Source of the DNA: a virus
Lineage: Duplodnaviria > Caudoviricetes
IMG/VR virus record: IMGVR_UViG_3300044646_001050
Location: 1-29,200 of that record
Direction: 5' to 3' (one strand)
DNA length: 29,200 nt
The notes beneath the pieces were generated by a model, which worked only from the letters and a program-made list of their open reading frames with translations, did not search any database and was not told the origin of the DNA. Of this stretch, positions 1-13,300 are shown piece after piece. The position numbers and the translations under genes were made by a program. Numbering within the stretch: the stretch's first letter is position 1; every line of letters begins with the position of its first letter.

Positions 1-733
1 TGGATGGTACTGTTACATCTGTTCTCAAAAAATTAGATGAATTTACAGTTTGGCCATTAATTACTAATGAATCAGCCTTTTCAGCTATTCCCCAAAATCT
101 ACTTGGCGTATTAGTGATGGTATTATCAGAATTAATACTACTTATATTAATACCTTCTTTAATTGTATTAAAACCAATAATAGTTGTCTTAGGTGTAAAT
201 GTTGTTTTACTAATAACAGAAATTCTATTATCTGCTGAATACATCGATATAATACTATGAGAGATATTGTTAACATCTACAACAGTTTCATTTATTGGCC
301 CAGTTTTAGAACCTGAACTATACTGAGGGCCTACCAATAGCCATCCAGAACCTGAAAATATATTTAATTGTTGGTTGGTAGTATCAACCCATATATCACC
401 TGCTATACTCGATTCTTTAGAAGGAGCAGTTGTTGATTTTTTAACTCCACCCGCGATTACCCACCCATTGTTAGTTCCATCATATACCTTTAATTGATTT
501 ATAGATGGAGAATTATCAAACCATAATTGACCTTGTACAGGTTTAGATGGAGGTGATACATTAGCAAAATTTTCTAACAAATGTAAAAAATTTTCCGCAA
601 CATATGGACCATATCCTGAAAAATTTTTCCCAACGAATGTTAAATCAGTTTGTACATTTAATGACTGATCTGCAACTGTTATTGCTTGTTTAGATGAATT
701 ATTTGTTTCGGTAAATGTTACTTGATATGACAT
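1..733 (-). CDS. Tail fibre / baseplate-attached structural protein, 5' part (runs off the window start; not in the ORF track)
   Basis: Translated by hand from ATG at 733, 1 nt after the upstream TAA, with SD GGAG: MSYQVTFTETNNSSKQAITVADQSLNVQTDLTFVGKNFSGYGPYVAENFLHLLENFANVSPPSKPVQGQLWFDNSPSINQLKVYDG...AGDIWVDTTNQQLNIFSGSGWLLVGP... Open to position 1. Two G(Q/D)(L/I)W.D...QL.(V/I)(Y/F).G..W repeats are typical of myovirus fibre N-termini. Confidence 0.8.
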   Translation of the reverse strand, partial: MSYQVTFTETNNSSKQAITVADQSLNVQTDLTFVGKNFSGYGPYVAENFLHLLENFANVSPPSKPVQGQLWFDNSPSINQLKVYDGTNNGWVIAGGVKKSTTAPSKESSIAGDIWVDTTNQQLNIFSGSGWLLVGPQYSSGSKTGPINETVVDVNNISHSIISMYSADNRISVISKTTFTPKTTIIGFNTIKEGINISSINSDNTITNTPSRFWGIAEKADSLVINGQTVNSSNFLRTDVTVPS

Positions 734-734
734 A

Positions 735-1331
735 TTAAACTCCTACTAATCCAGTTAAACTTTGAATACGAACGGTGTAATCAATCTGAATTAATCTGTT
801 CAACGATTTTTGTACAGGATGGAACATAACATGTGTAAGCAATAATCCACTTGCAGATTTTAATCCAAGTTCATCAAATACAAATGCACTTTCATTATTA
901 TTTGTGGTGTCATATGCATTTTGTCCATCTGGTTCACCATAATCTAATAAACATGTAACAAATACATCCGTATAATTAGTACCCGTCACATGTCGTGTCT
1001 CAATTAAGTTTCTGGTTGGGTCTCGATTTGCTGGTGAATTACCATCTACTACTTTAGTATATGTTTCATTATATAAACTAGCATTAGATCCGGTGCTGTT
1101 TGGTGTTAAATATGTAATAATACCAGTTGGATCAATAGTTGTTCCTCCATTTCCGAATGCCATCGCGTGAATAATACCTTGGCCGGTATTAGCAATACTC
1201 TGAGCCAAGGCAATACTCATATTTTCATAATGAATTGCATTTGTTTTATCAATGAATACCTCATCAGATGTTGGATCATATATTTTTATATGTCCTCTAA
1301 TATGTACCCCTGTCATGTCTTTATTCTGCAT
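735..1331 (-). CDS. Virion structural protein, probable baseplate/tail-collar fibre attachment protein (DUF3751-like); ~198 aa
   Basis: ORF track 735-1361. Start moved to ATG 1331 (MQNKDMTG) because the upstream codons contain a late-promoter motif and a purine-rich SD-like GAGAG. Motifs AFGNGG, VTCLLDYGEP, FDELGL and FHPVQKS...IDYTVRI resemble collar-fibre N-terminal domains. Lies between the wedge and fibre genes. Confidence 0.6.
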   Translation of the reverse strand: MQNKDMTGVHIRGHIKIYDPTSDEVFIDKTNAIHYENMSIALAQSIANTGQGIIHAMAFGNGGTTIDPTGIITYLTPNSTGSNASLYNETYTKVVDGNSPANRDPTRNLIETRHVTGTNYTDVFVTCLLDYGEPDGQNAYDTTNNNESAFVFDELGLKSASGLLLTHVMFHPVQKSLNRLIQIDYTVRIQSLTGLVGV

Positions 1332-1351
1332 ATTAATCTCTCTTATCCATA

Positions 1352-1359
1352 TATTTATC
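1352..1359 (-). promoter_or_regulatory. Putative gp55-dependent late promoter (GATAAATA)
   Basis: 7/8 match to the T4 late consensus TATAAATA, intergenic, 20 nt upstream of ATG 1331. The identical octamer occurs at 28937-28944. Confidence 0.65.
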
Positions 1360-1387
1360 AAGTATTATTATCTACTGGTTTAATCAA

Positions 1388-4300
1388 TTATTTTAACAAT
1401 GAATACCATATACCTGGTTCTGCTTTTAAAAATGTTGATATTGCATCAGACCCACCATAAACACTACTACTATAATTACCAAGTCTATACCCCTGATTTA
1501 ATAAATCCATATTATACCCATCCCAGTTGATCCCGGAACGTTTGACAATCGTAACTCTAGTACCAGATGATAATTCATTAGTCAATCGTATAGTACTTGA
1601 TGTACCATCAACTGCAAAATCTGCATCAAATTGTATATCACCAGATGGACTATCTTGATTTATATTAACATTATGTACTTTATATGGTTGTTTCTTTAGA
1701 CGTATATTACCAATGAAAAAATCCCATTTTAAAATATCATCATGGAATGATAACCCACTCATATGTGCTTCTTTACATCTATATGTATAACTACCTATAA
1801 TCACAATATCATCAATTGCATAATTTACACTAGATACCCACATTGAACTATCATCATAACCACCAATAAATACTTCAATATCATCCGCTTGACCATAAGT
1901 TGATGGGATGGATGAAATATATCCAGAATCATAAGTCCATGTTGTTAAAGATTTAGTTGGTATAATATCGTCCAACTCAATTACTTTAGATCCAGTTGAT
2001 ACTATTTGTTTTGTAATTGGTGCTTCTGAATATGGAATAGTTTCACTTGCACCGATATCCTGCACAAATGATCCGACTTCATGAATGGTAGGAGTACCAG
2101 TTCCAAGTGTTCCTCTACGTAACTTGCTAAGAATATTACCGGTAATTTCAAAATATTCAATACGCTCACCTCGTATTTCAATAATACCAGGTTTATTATT
2201 AGTTGGATTTGGTTTATCAAAATTACTTCCATCAACAACTGTAATAATTGTATCATTCCATTTCAATTCATTTACAAGTGTAGTTTGTTTTTTCAAACTC
2301 AATCGTTTATAATGAGTTCTATTCAACATATCTTTGAATTGCATATATGCTATTGAAGGCAATAATATATTACTTCCAAAAGTAATTATTGAAAATTCGT
2401 CTGTTGAAATTGAACCATTAACAACTTCAATAGATGATTTATTCTCATTCAACTTGAAATCAACACTAGGTATTAATAGTATTCCATTTTTAACAACCCA
2501 CACATAATTGTCATTAATAACTGGTCTATCCAATGTGATAATTCCACCTAAAATATTATTATATATATAATATTCTGGTTCTTCTGATACTAATGTAATA
2601 TCTAAATTTAAATCAGAACGTTGAATATCTAAATTGGCGTGTTGATATGAATTAATAATCTCAACAGTATTTGAACTATTATATATTTCTTTAAAATATA
2701 TTTTTGCTGGTTCAGATGATGTTGCAGGTACATAAGAATAACCCTGGTCACTTATTAAACTAATAACTAATTGTTCTCCATTATATTTGGTATATGAATC
2801 TTTTGTTATTTTTACAGTTATACCACTTAGATCAATTGAATAATCTGCACCTATCGTTAACAATTTACCACCGGCATATACATTTATTGTATAAACATCA
2901 TCCTTATATGGTTGTTTGTTTATTTTATTAACAGTATAATTTAATTTGTTGCTTTTTATAGTAAAATAACTATTATTTGGTGCTTTTAATATAGCCTGAT
3001 CAACACGTACAATCATTTTTGCTTCAAGCGGCAGTGAATCACCATAAGTTGTCATTAATGAATATGGCAATGCTGATGCGCGACCATCAGCCGGGATCTT
3101 TTCAATTTTAGAAAATGAAAATGATTGATTTACTCCATTACTTATTATATAATCTATATTTGAATAAACTTCTGGTGCTTCATCAAATTTAATTGCAATG
3201 AAACCATCCTGATTTATCAAAGTATATGATCCTGAAACGCCGTTTATATTAACCAAGGATGATACTGGTTGCAACCATGGTGCACATGTTAAAAATTCTT
3301 TAGTATTACCATCTCCTATATCATGGCCTATATCCAGTAAATTATTACCACTGTATCCAATTTCGAAAATAGATATAAGTGAATCAGCTACCGGTGCTTG
3401 ACCAAAAACAATTGCATTAGTAATACCATCTATTGAATAATCCACACCAATAGATTTTATAACTGACTGATTATTAGTACTTACTTTAACAATGATAGAC
3501 TTATTGTTAGTACTACCATGTGTTATTGGAAAAGTTTTTACAATACCATCAGCATAGTAATTATCAATGTTTATATTAGCTGAACCATTAGATTGCATAT
3601 CAAATACTTTAATTGCAACAGTATCAACAACTTGTCCTGGTATTACTTCTTCTGGTGCTGGTGATGATGTCGGTGTAATAAAACCATCCCCATCTATAAT
3701 AATATCATCAGCAGCCAACCCTCTTGCTGTTGAATATACTAAATCACCACCACTTAATGCAGTATCATAATCAGCTTCAAGTGGTTTTATAGAACCATCA
3801 CTTGTTATCTTTCTAAAGATGAATTCATCATTTTCATTAACATCTACTGAATCTGGAATCGTTATTGTTTTATGAATCCCATCACCAATAAACGATGACA
3901 TTACCGCATTACTATTAGTTTGATCAACAGTATTATAATATTGATCATCTATTCTCAATGGATCATCTGTAGAATCAGCCGGTTTATGATATACCGTTAT
4001 TACTACTCCTGTTTCTGGAACATACGGTAAATTAAATTCTCGTGTATCAGCTGCAACATACACAATATAATCATCAAATGTTGAATCCATAGTATCCCAT
4101 TTGTCTGAATAATATGGTGAACTATCCCAACCTCTGCTTACTTCAAATCCAAGACCGCTAACAATAACACCACCATAATCAATACCAGTCATCAGTTGAG
4201 ACAAATCTTTACCTAACTCACCATCACCTGGATTGTAATAATATTGAATTCTGTCGGCAGCATTTAATAATGACCAATCTTTTATGTATGTGATTGAAAC

Positions 4301-7300
4301 GATTGCATTATTTGATGGTGCAGTTAAAAATGTTAATGACCCTACATAATTAGTATGACCATTAACAACTGTTTTTACAATTTTTAATTTATAATCATCT
4401 CGTAATGCATCAATACCATTAATGGTGACCGTTGATGTACCTACTCTAACGTCTGGTGCCCATTTTAATGGGAATATTAAGCGAGAACCAGTTCCAGAGA
4501 ATGTTTCTATCTCTTGTAATTTAGTAATATAATATGACTGTGTAATTCTATCAAATTTTATCTTAACCAGATTTGAACGAATAACACCATCACCGATTAT
4601 AGCAACTGCAGTTGCAGTTGTGCCAGTAGGCGATAACCCACCATCTAACTGAATAATTGGTGCAGACAAATACCCTGAACCAGTTGTCATTAAAATCACA
4701 CGAGTAACTTTACCATTTGCAATAAAAGCTTTTGCAGTAGCTGCAATTTTTGAGTTACCATTAATTCGAACTACTGGTTCACTAATATAACCTGAACCAC
4801 CATTAACTACTGTAATACTAAGTACATTAAATCCAACATTATCCAACCAATGTTTCCATGGATATGATTGAATATGAGAGTCATCTATATTAATAATACC
4901 ATCTGTAACTGTTGTCTCAATCATCCCAATATTTCCATTGTCATATATTGGTGGTATGTCAAAATCAGTAACTGATAATTGATTTAATTCAGTTTTATTA
5001 TATGCACTAATATATTCACGTACTTTAGTTCTATATGGTTTTACTTCTGATACATATTCTTCAAAATTTGTTAGGTTATCATTTTTGTATGTAACAGATT
5101 GGTGCAATTCGCCTAAGTTATGTTTTGCTTTTATGAAACTAGTTTTAAATATCCAATCAACATAGGATTGTTCACTTAATACATATCTTACACATGTAAA
5201 AAATAAATTTAAATATTCAGTTTTCAAATCATCAATGAAAATGTCATTTTTAATGCTATTCAATATAACTCTCAATTCAGTTGATGCACTATTATCAAAT
5301 ATTCCACCATCATATAACAAATTATCATATCCAACAATTGTATGAGAAAACTCATACAATGAACTACTTAATTGAATAGTACCGTCCTGTGATGCTATTA
5401 ATTGATATGAACTCGTCCAATCAATTGACTGAGAATCAGCATACTTTTTCAATACGACCCACGTTCCTAAATTTGTATATCGTACTTTGACTAATTCTCC
5501 AATATTAACTTCAATTGAATTTAAATCACTATATGTATCCACTGAATATTGTATTGCACTAAATTGATTATACCCATTATCGTACCAATCAACATAATTC
5601 CAATATTTTCTAGTATCATATGTTTGTGAACGAACTCTAGACCATAATAATGTTGTTGGATCATATGAATAAATGCTCCATACACCAGATGATTGAGAAT
5701 CACTATGAACTAATACAGAATAATCCCTTACCACTAAAATAGTACTGTCATTATATCCATATCCACTGTTAATAATAGTAACACCATCAATTTGCCCATA
5801 TCCATTAAGTTTAGCTTTAATAACAGCATTTACACCTGAACCAACAACTTCAATAAATGGTGGATTAATATATCCTCTACCAGAACTTTTTATAGTAATA
5901 CCAGTAATTCTTCCATCAATTATTTGCGGTTCTATAACAGGTCTAGAATAAGAGTTGATATTTGCAAATCTTAATTCTGCATCAGTATCAACTATATCAT
6001 CATATAATCCTCGTATAATATGTGGTTCGGTTTCATAACTTTCTAGGTTACTAATATCGCGTGTTTCAGTGATTAATCTAGATTTTAATATTAAATTGGT
6101 CTGTTCAACATATTGTTTTAATGCCTCGTATCGATTTATAAACATGCTTTGATTAGGTCTAAATTCAACCCCATAGCGTAATTTTAATGGCAATGTTGTA
6201 TCAGGTATTACTCTTTCCTGTTCATCCTTTCCACATAGACTATCAATCCATTTTTTTTCCAATTGTGAAGGTATGGTACTATTAACATCTGTACTCAACA
6301 TTTTCCACTGTGAATGAATATTATTCTCACTGTTTTCAACTAACCAATATTCAACTGATAATACAACGTTTTTATCATTTAATAATGATTTTACATTAAC
6401 CAAGCTAAATGAATTAGAACCAGTCAATGCAAGATATTGATATCCTTCCCCACGTGGGTTTGATATTAAACTAGATATATCTTGGGCAGAAATATATCTA
6501 CCAGTTGTATTAGGTGTAGTTTTTTTATTTTTAACCCAATAGTAATATGTATTTTTAAATGTTTTACTAACATTATCATACTTTCGTTTTATACTGTATG
6601 CTGCATCTCCATATAATGATTTACCACTCATACCAATAGTCAACCCAACCTCAGTATCAGCTTGTAAATCCCAGTCAGATGGAAGATATTTTGATTCAAC
6701 CCATTCATAGATATCAACAGATGCACCAGTTGCTAATGTACTCCATGTACTGTTTCTATAAACAACATCATTATCATTACTATCAATGAATTTTGAAGTT
6801 CTCAAATCCCACCATAATGTTCCAATATTTTTAGTAGTCCATGCCATACCATCATCAACATTCACAGTTGATGTCCCAACTGTGTATATCGCTGGATCAT
6901 AGAAAACTTTATATTTTATTTCCGATTCAGCAATACCTGCTATTTTACCATTTAATGGATCAATTATATCCAAGTATTTTATTAATTCATTGGTTGATTT
7001 ATTATATAAGAACGCCTGTTTTATTTTTTTAACGTCTGGAATTAATATTTCACTATGTTTAATTTTCCAACTATATACATTTGGTTGTTTTTTATATTCA
7101 TATATTACTCCAGCTTTTATATTATTAGAAAAAGCATATGGTGAACTAACTAAAATATTATTATTTGAGGCAGTCAGGACAGTGCCATATCCATCAACCT
7201 CAGAATCAGTCATTTCTAAGCTTTCACTAAAAACCCACTTAGACCCATAATTGTTATAAACATCAATTCTTCCACTATCTAAATTATTTTCATCAATAAA

Positions 7301-10300
7301 TATGGTAGTTTTATCATCAAATGTAGTATCATCTATAAAATTACATTTCACCTGAGTGTCAGCATTTTTACTATAAACCAATAATGTTTTATAATCATTT
7401 GTAAATAATAATTTAGTACCAAAATATCCAGATACTTCTATGTTATTGTTTATTAATGATTGATATAATTCATACTCAATACCATTGTTTTTATAAACAA
7501 TAACTTTACCTTCATTATTTTTATCACCATCAAATAAAATGTCTGAAATAGAAATATATTCACCAGATGATGAAATAGTTATATCTTTTCCAAAATATGC
7601 ATTAGTTCCACCAATTGTTTGTGCCAATACATCATTTTCATATACAAATACTTTACCAGGTAAATCAATGTTACCAGGAGCTGAAATTAAAAGAGTAGAT
7701 CCATCAACAGTACCAACTATTTTATTGCCATATCCACTATTTGTATTAGTACCATGTTTTGTTTTTGATGTATTATATTTCCATTCAGTTGTAATAAACT
7801 TAATAATTCCAGTTGGGGTTGAATCAGGTTCTAGGTTTAATAATATGGTTTTATTAACAGAATCTACACTTACTACGGTTTGTGATTTTGTAAATCCAAT
7901 ACCAGTTACTTTCATTCCAGGTAGTATTCCCGATACTGTAGATAATTTTATTGTGGTTCCTTTGCTTCCTATTTCATCATAGTATGCAGATACCCATTCT
8001 GTATTAGAATATTCTAATTTATACACAGTACCATTTCCATACTCAGCACCAACATATAAGCAATTAATACCAAAAAATAAACTTGAACCAAATTTTTCAT
8101 TCTGAGTTGGGTTTGGACTTAAAATGGTTGCGACTAGTGTATAGATATTATTAATATCTTTTTCATATAACGATATCACACCATGATTAACAATACTTGA
8201 TGCATTTAACTGTTCATCAATAGCATTAATAAATCCATTCGTTTGATATGAACCATTACTAGTGTTAGGAGATCCGGTTGCCATCCATCTATTATCAATA
8301 GACATTGCAATAACATTTGCAATATTTGAAACATCATTAGGATTTACATGGTCAACATCCGGGGTTATAAATGGAGTTTCAATGATTTGACGTTGTACCC
8401 ATGGGCCAGTACTACTTCCTCTATCATATGTTATAACTTCTCCAGTTTCTAAGGTAGTCGCAAGTAATCTAGCATCTGAATTTATTGAAATTACCTTACC
8501 ATATTTCAAGTTATTACTTGGATTTCTATATAAATGGGTAGTACGTGTGTAAACCTGAGAGTATTCCCATGTTGACCACATTCCTGTTCCATTGTCATCA
8601 GTCCATAATAACTCATTTTCCTTTAATACTTTTGGTAGTTTTAAATCAATATTATCTATAGAATCAACACGTTGACTTATAAATGAATAAATTATGGTAT
8701 TTTTATTATTTTCATATGGTAGATCTATCTGCAATCCAATTACGTCAATCGTTAATACATTTAGTTTAACATCGGAAATTTTATAAAATCCACTTATACC
8801 AGTTGTTATATATGTACCATCAACTTTTATGTTTTCTCTAATCCCAATATAAGATCCAATAGGTAATGAAATTAATGAATCAGCAGTAATAGTTAATTTA
8901 TTATTGCTATAAGTAATATCATTAATTACAATATTTGCATCTGTATATCTATAAACATTCCATCCGTTTATATCAAATGAGCACCATACGTAATCACCAT
9001 TAGAAAAATTTGTAATATCTTGTGTTAAAATATCATCAATTGATTTTAAGCTAACTAATACTTCATCTTCTCTCACATACCCAGAAGTTCTTAAAAATGG
9101 TTTTTTAGATGTTAACATTGGCCATGGATTTGAATTGTATCCAACTGGTTTTAAATATACATCATTTTGTGATTGTCTTATAATAAAATCAACAGAAGTG
9201 GTATCAATTTTATTCACCAACTCAATTCCTTGTGGATTATTTTTGAATAGTGATTCATCTAAAATAAATTCAATATTTTCATATGAATTACTAGCGCCAT
9301 ATTGACCAACCCGAACTGCCCATTCTTCGTTAAATTTCAAACTTTCTTGGTTATCGGCACTTAATACATCAAAAAGTTTATTCAATACATTTTGAGTCCC
9401 TTTTTCAAGTATCATTCCTTGATAAAATTTAAACTCACTAACATCATCTTGAATAATATTTTCTAAATATTGACGTTTTTGATATCCAATCAAATGTTGT
9501 GCCATTTTTTGTTGTGTTATATCAAAGTTATCGCTATCCAAACTATAAAAATCTTCAAATTGACTGGCTTTGTAATTCCAATTTGGAAGTAACGCTGCTT
9601 CAGGTTTTTTATCTAGTTTAATCCATAACGTATGATTAAATTCATTAGTACCATTTATAAATTTACTAGAACTATAATAAAATTCTTTATATTTTACAAT
9701 ATCACCAAGCGCATAATCTTTCCATGCTTCCCAATCTTGTATTTTAGCTTGATCAAAGATAAAACCAGGCACATCAAATGCACCATACCAACCAATACTA
9801 AGATATCCAGATACTTTTATTCTATCTTGTTTATATCCACTTTCTGGATTATATATGGTGTCATTAAACATTGTAGAATTATCTAGAATAACAACTTGCT
9901 CTTTTTGAACTAAGTAAAAGGTAGCGCCATAAATACCGTCATCACCCTGTGGTGTATAACTAACTGCATTATCTTCTCTATACGAATTCAAGAAGTTATA
10001 TGGTATAGCTTGACCATCTACGCGATATATTTCATATCCATTAAATGAATTGGTAATATCATCAACAACTGATAATGGTGAACTAAATGTTAATTTTTCA
10101 GCAGCTGGACTTAATGAAATCACCGAACTTCCAATAGAACTCAACCCATCCAATTTTGCAAAATCATGTTCGTTGAATATAGATGATTGAGAATTTCTGA
10201 TTGCACGATAATAATCACCGTTATATCGCACTATTGATCCATATGATACTAATACATCAGCATCCCATTCATCCCATTTATCTTGCCCAGTTGACCAATT

Positions 10301-13300
10301 TTGAGTAGTCCAGAATAAAAATTCTTTCGCACTGGTTTCCCAGTTAGTTACACTGGCTATATTAGTATTAAAATCATCAAAAATAAATCCTTGATCTTTT
10401 AAATATTCACCATAACCTTGTAAAAAATCTACTACTTCTTGTGTAGTTCTAAATTTAGTATTATACGGAATAATTAATGCCGATTCTCTATCCCAACGTT
10501 TTCTTAGAATTGCATCTTTACCACCTATAATAGGCAATTCAGCTAATACTTGATAATATGATTGGTCAAATGTTGTACCAGTTGTATGTAATGATTTTAC
10601 TCTATAATATTTTCCATTATAATTTACAATTTTACCAGCAGAATATTGTTGATTTGATGTCCATTGTAGATAACTTTCTGATATACCACCAACATTTATT
10701 GTAATTCCTGATTGTTGCCATGCATAATATTTGAAATATGGAGTGGTTTTACTATATCCTTTAACTTCAAATCCATCAGCCATTTTGGTAACAATTACAC
10801 CACTATATGTAATTTTTTTAATAGGATTTGAACTATTCAAAATTATATCATAATTTTCTTGCGGTACAAAAACACTACCAGTTGACAATGGGGTCTTGGA
10901 ATCTAATAATAAATTGAATTTTTCTTTACTTGTAAAAGATCCAAGTCTATGCGATATTCTAGCTGAAATATTGGTTAAATCATATTGATATTGCGTATAT
11001 GATTTTAAATTATCACTTAAAATATAATTAACTAAATAATTTATTATGCCAGCAGTCTGTTCTCTAGTATTACTAGATTGAATACTTGGTAGTACAATAT
11101 CACTTGGTTTGATTCGTAATCCTGTGTCTTTATATACTAGTTGTCCTGTTTTATTTCTAATAATCCTAGAACGATCTAATAATACTCCGATAGATTTATT
11201 TGGGTTTAATAATAATACAGTAATTAAAATCCCAAATGAGTAGTATGAACTACGTCTCCATGCTGATTCAATTGGGCTGCTATCACCAAACACAAAATCA
11301 CCACCAATTGATTCAGTTATGATCCCATTTGCCAAATCAGACATAATAGGACTCACCAATGCACCATATTCATCTACTGGTATATGGTTTGTTATAAATG
11401 GTTTAGCATACTTTTCCAATCTAATAGTAGGCTTACCTGGTTCTTTTACATAGCCATTGCTAATGTCATCCCACAATACAAAATTATTACTAGTATACGG
11501 CGCAGGTCCATATACATCTGTCCACCAATATGGTTCTTCAGTAAATCCTAGCATCTCCCACGGGCACAGGTGCGGTCTATCAGTATCTAAAATCCATTTA
11601 TATACCCCACGCCAATATCCTGGAACGTTACTTCCATCTGGTGCTGAATGCCCTGAATAGTTATAAGTGAATGAATTACTTCTATCAAAGCTCAATGGTT
11701 TTGAAAAATCTCGATCTATTAATGATGTCCATTTATAAAAATTAGGAGCTAAAACTGTATTGAATTCTGATAAACTATAGTCGGTTTTTCTGTTATATCC
11801 TGGAATGGTATCATTTAAATCAAATATTGTTATATCGTATTGTACTTTAATATTGTTGTAAATACGTTTTTCCAATTCTAATAACAATGCATCACGGTAA
11901 TCAGGAGTACCATTAGCATCATATGTTCCATATGCCAATACTTGACTACCATCGTGTCCTTGAATCATCCATCGTGGTGTTATAAAACTAGTATCAAGAT
12001 ATATCATTGGTTGATATTTTGGAAATAGTCCTAGCTTTGTTGGTGTTTCAGGAACAAAACATCCATCGGTATTTTCATACTCATAAATTGTTATAATATC
12101 ATCATTGATCAATTTTGATGTTATAACAACGAATCCTTGTCCATCAAAATAGTAATCACGACTATGTAATAATTGCTCGTTGTTAACATATATAATTACA
12201 GCTTTATTAGATAATGTTTCTGTTGTGAATACAGTTGTTAATGGATAAAGTTTTATTCTATAATCAACTACTTGTATTGTGGTTTTTATACTAGCACCAT
12301 ATGGAACCATATCACTAAAATAATAAGGAAAAGTATTCGGTTTATCTTTGTTAATTTTATCCAATATTAGATCTATATGTGTTATTACATCAATGTCTAC
12401 CCCTGTACGTTCAGCAATTTTAATAAAATTTCGTTTAAAATTACCATAATCATCTCTACTTTTTTCTATTGATCTTATAATATTGTTAGTTTCAGTTGTT
12501 ATATGGTATAAAGATAAACTTGCTGGACCGCTGTGTTGTATGAATCGAGTACCATATTGTGATATATTACCCAAATCTCTTAAATTACTAGTGCCTGGGA
12601 AATCACCAGAAAAGTTTGATAAATTATCAACAATTGAATTTACATGATCAATAACTTCACCAAGTGTAAAATCAGTCATCTCATCATTCATTGGATTGTT
12701 CTGGAGATTTAATGGTATTTCATAGTACCCGTTCCCATTAATTCCCTGTGCTGCAAATGCTCTAATAGTTAATATATCTGTTGGCATTACATCGGTATCT
12801 AACTGCACGACTTTATATGTTGGACCATCAATTATCTGCCATTTAGAATTATCCAATCTAGTACCATTTACATATACTTTTATGGTTAAATCATCCAACT
12901 CATTAATATTATCAAATATATCAATTTGAAAATCATTTAATTGAGTGGTTGATTTATAAATTCTAATCGCAGCTTGTGTGTTATCAATTGTATTTTTTTG
13001 CCAGCCATTTACATATTCAGTATTCCCAGCATAATCCATTTTTGATAAATATCCAACATTAATTTTTTTATTAATAACTGTTGATAGTTCTTTATATATA
13101 AAGGTGTCTGAGATTAAGTTAAAATTAAAAACAATATCACCTATATTATTAATATTTTTATATGATAATGGGAATCCTAGAACTGAGTCAGCTGGTCCTG
13201 ATCCAATCTTATATGAAAATAACTTAGTTCCACTAAAAGTAGAGCCAGTAAAGGTATTAATATCACTATAACTAACACCAGTGTCATCAACAACATCAAA

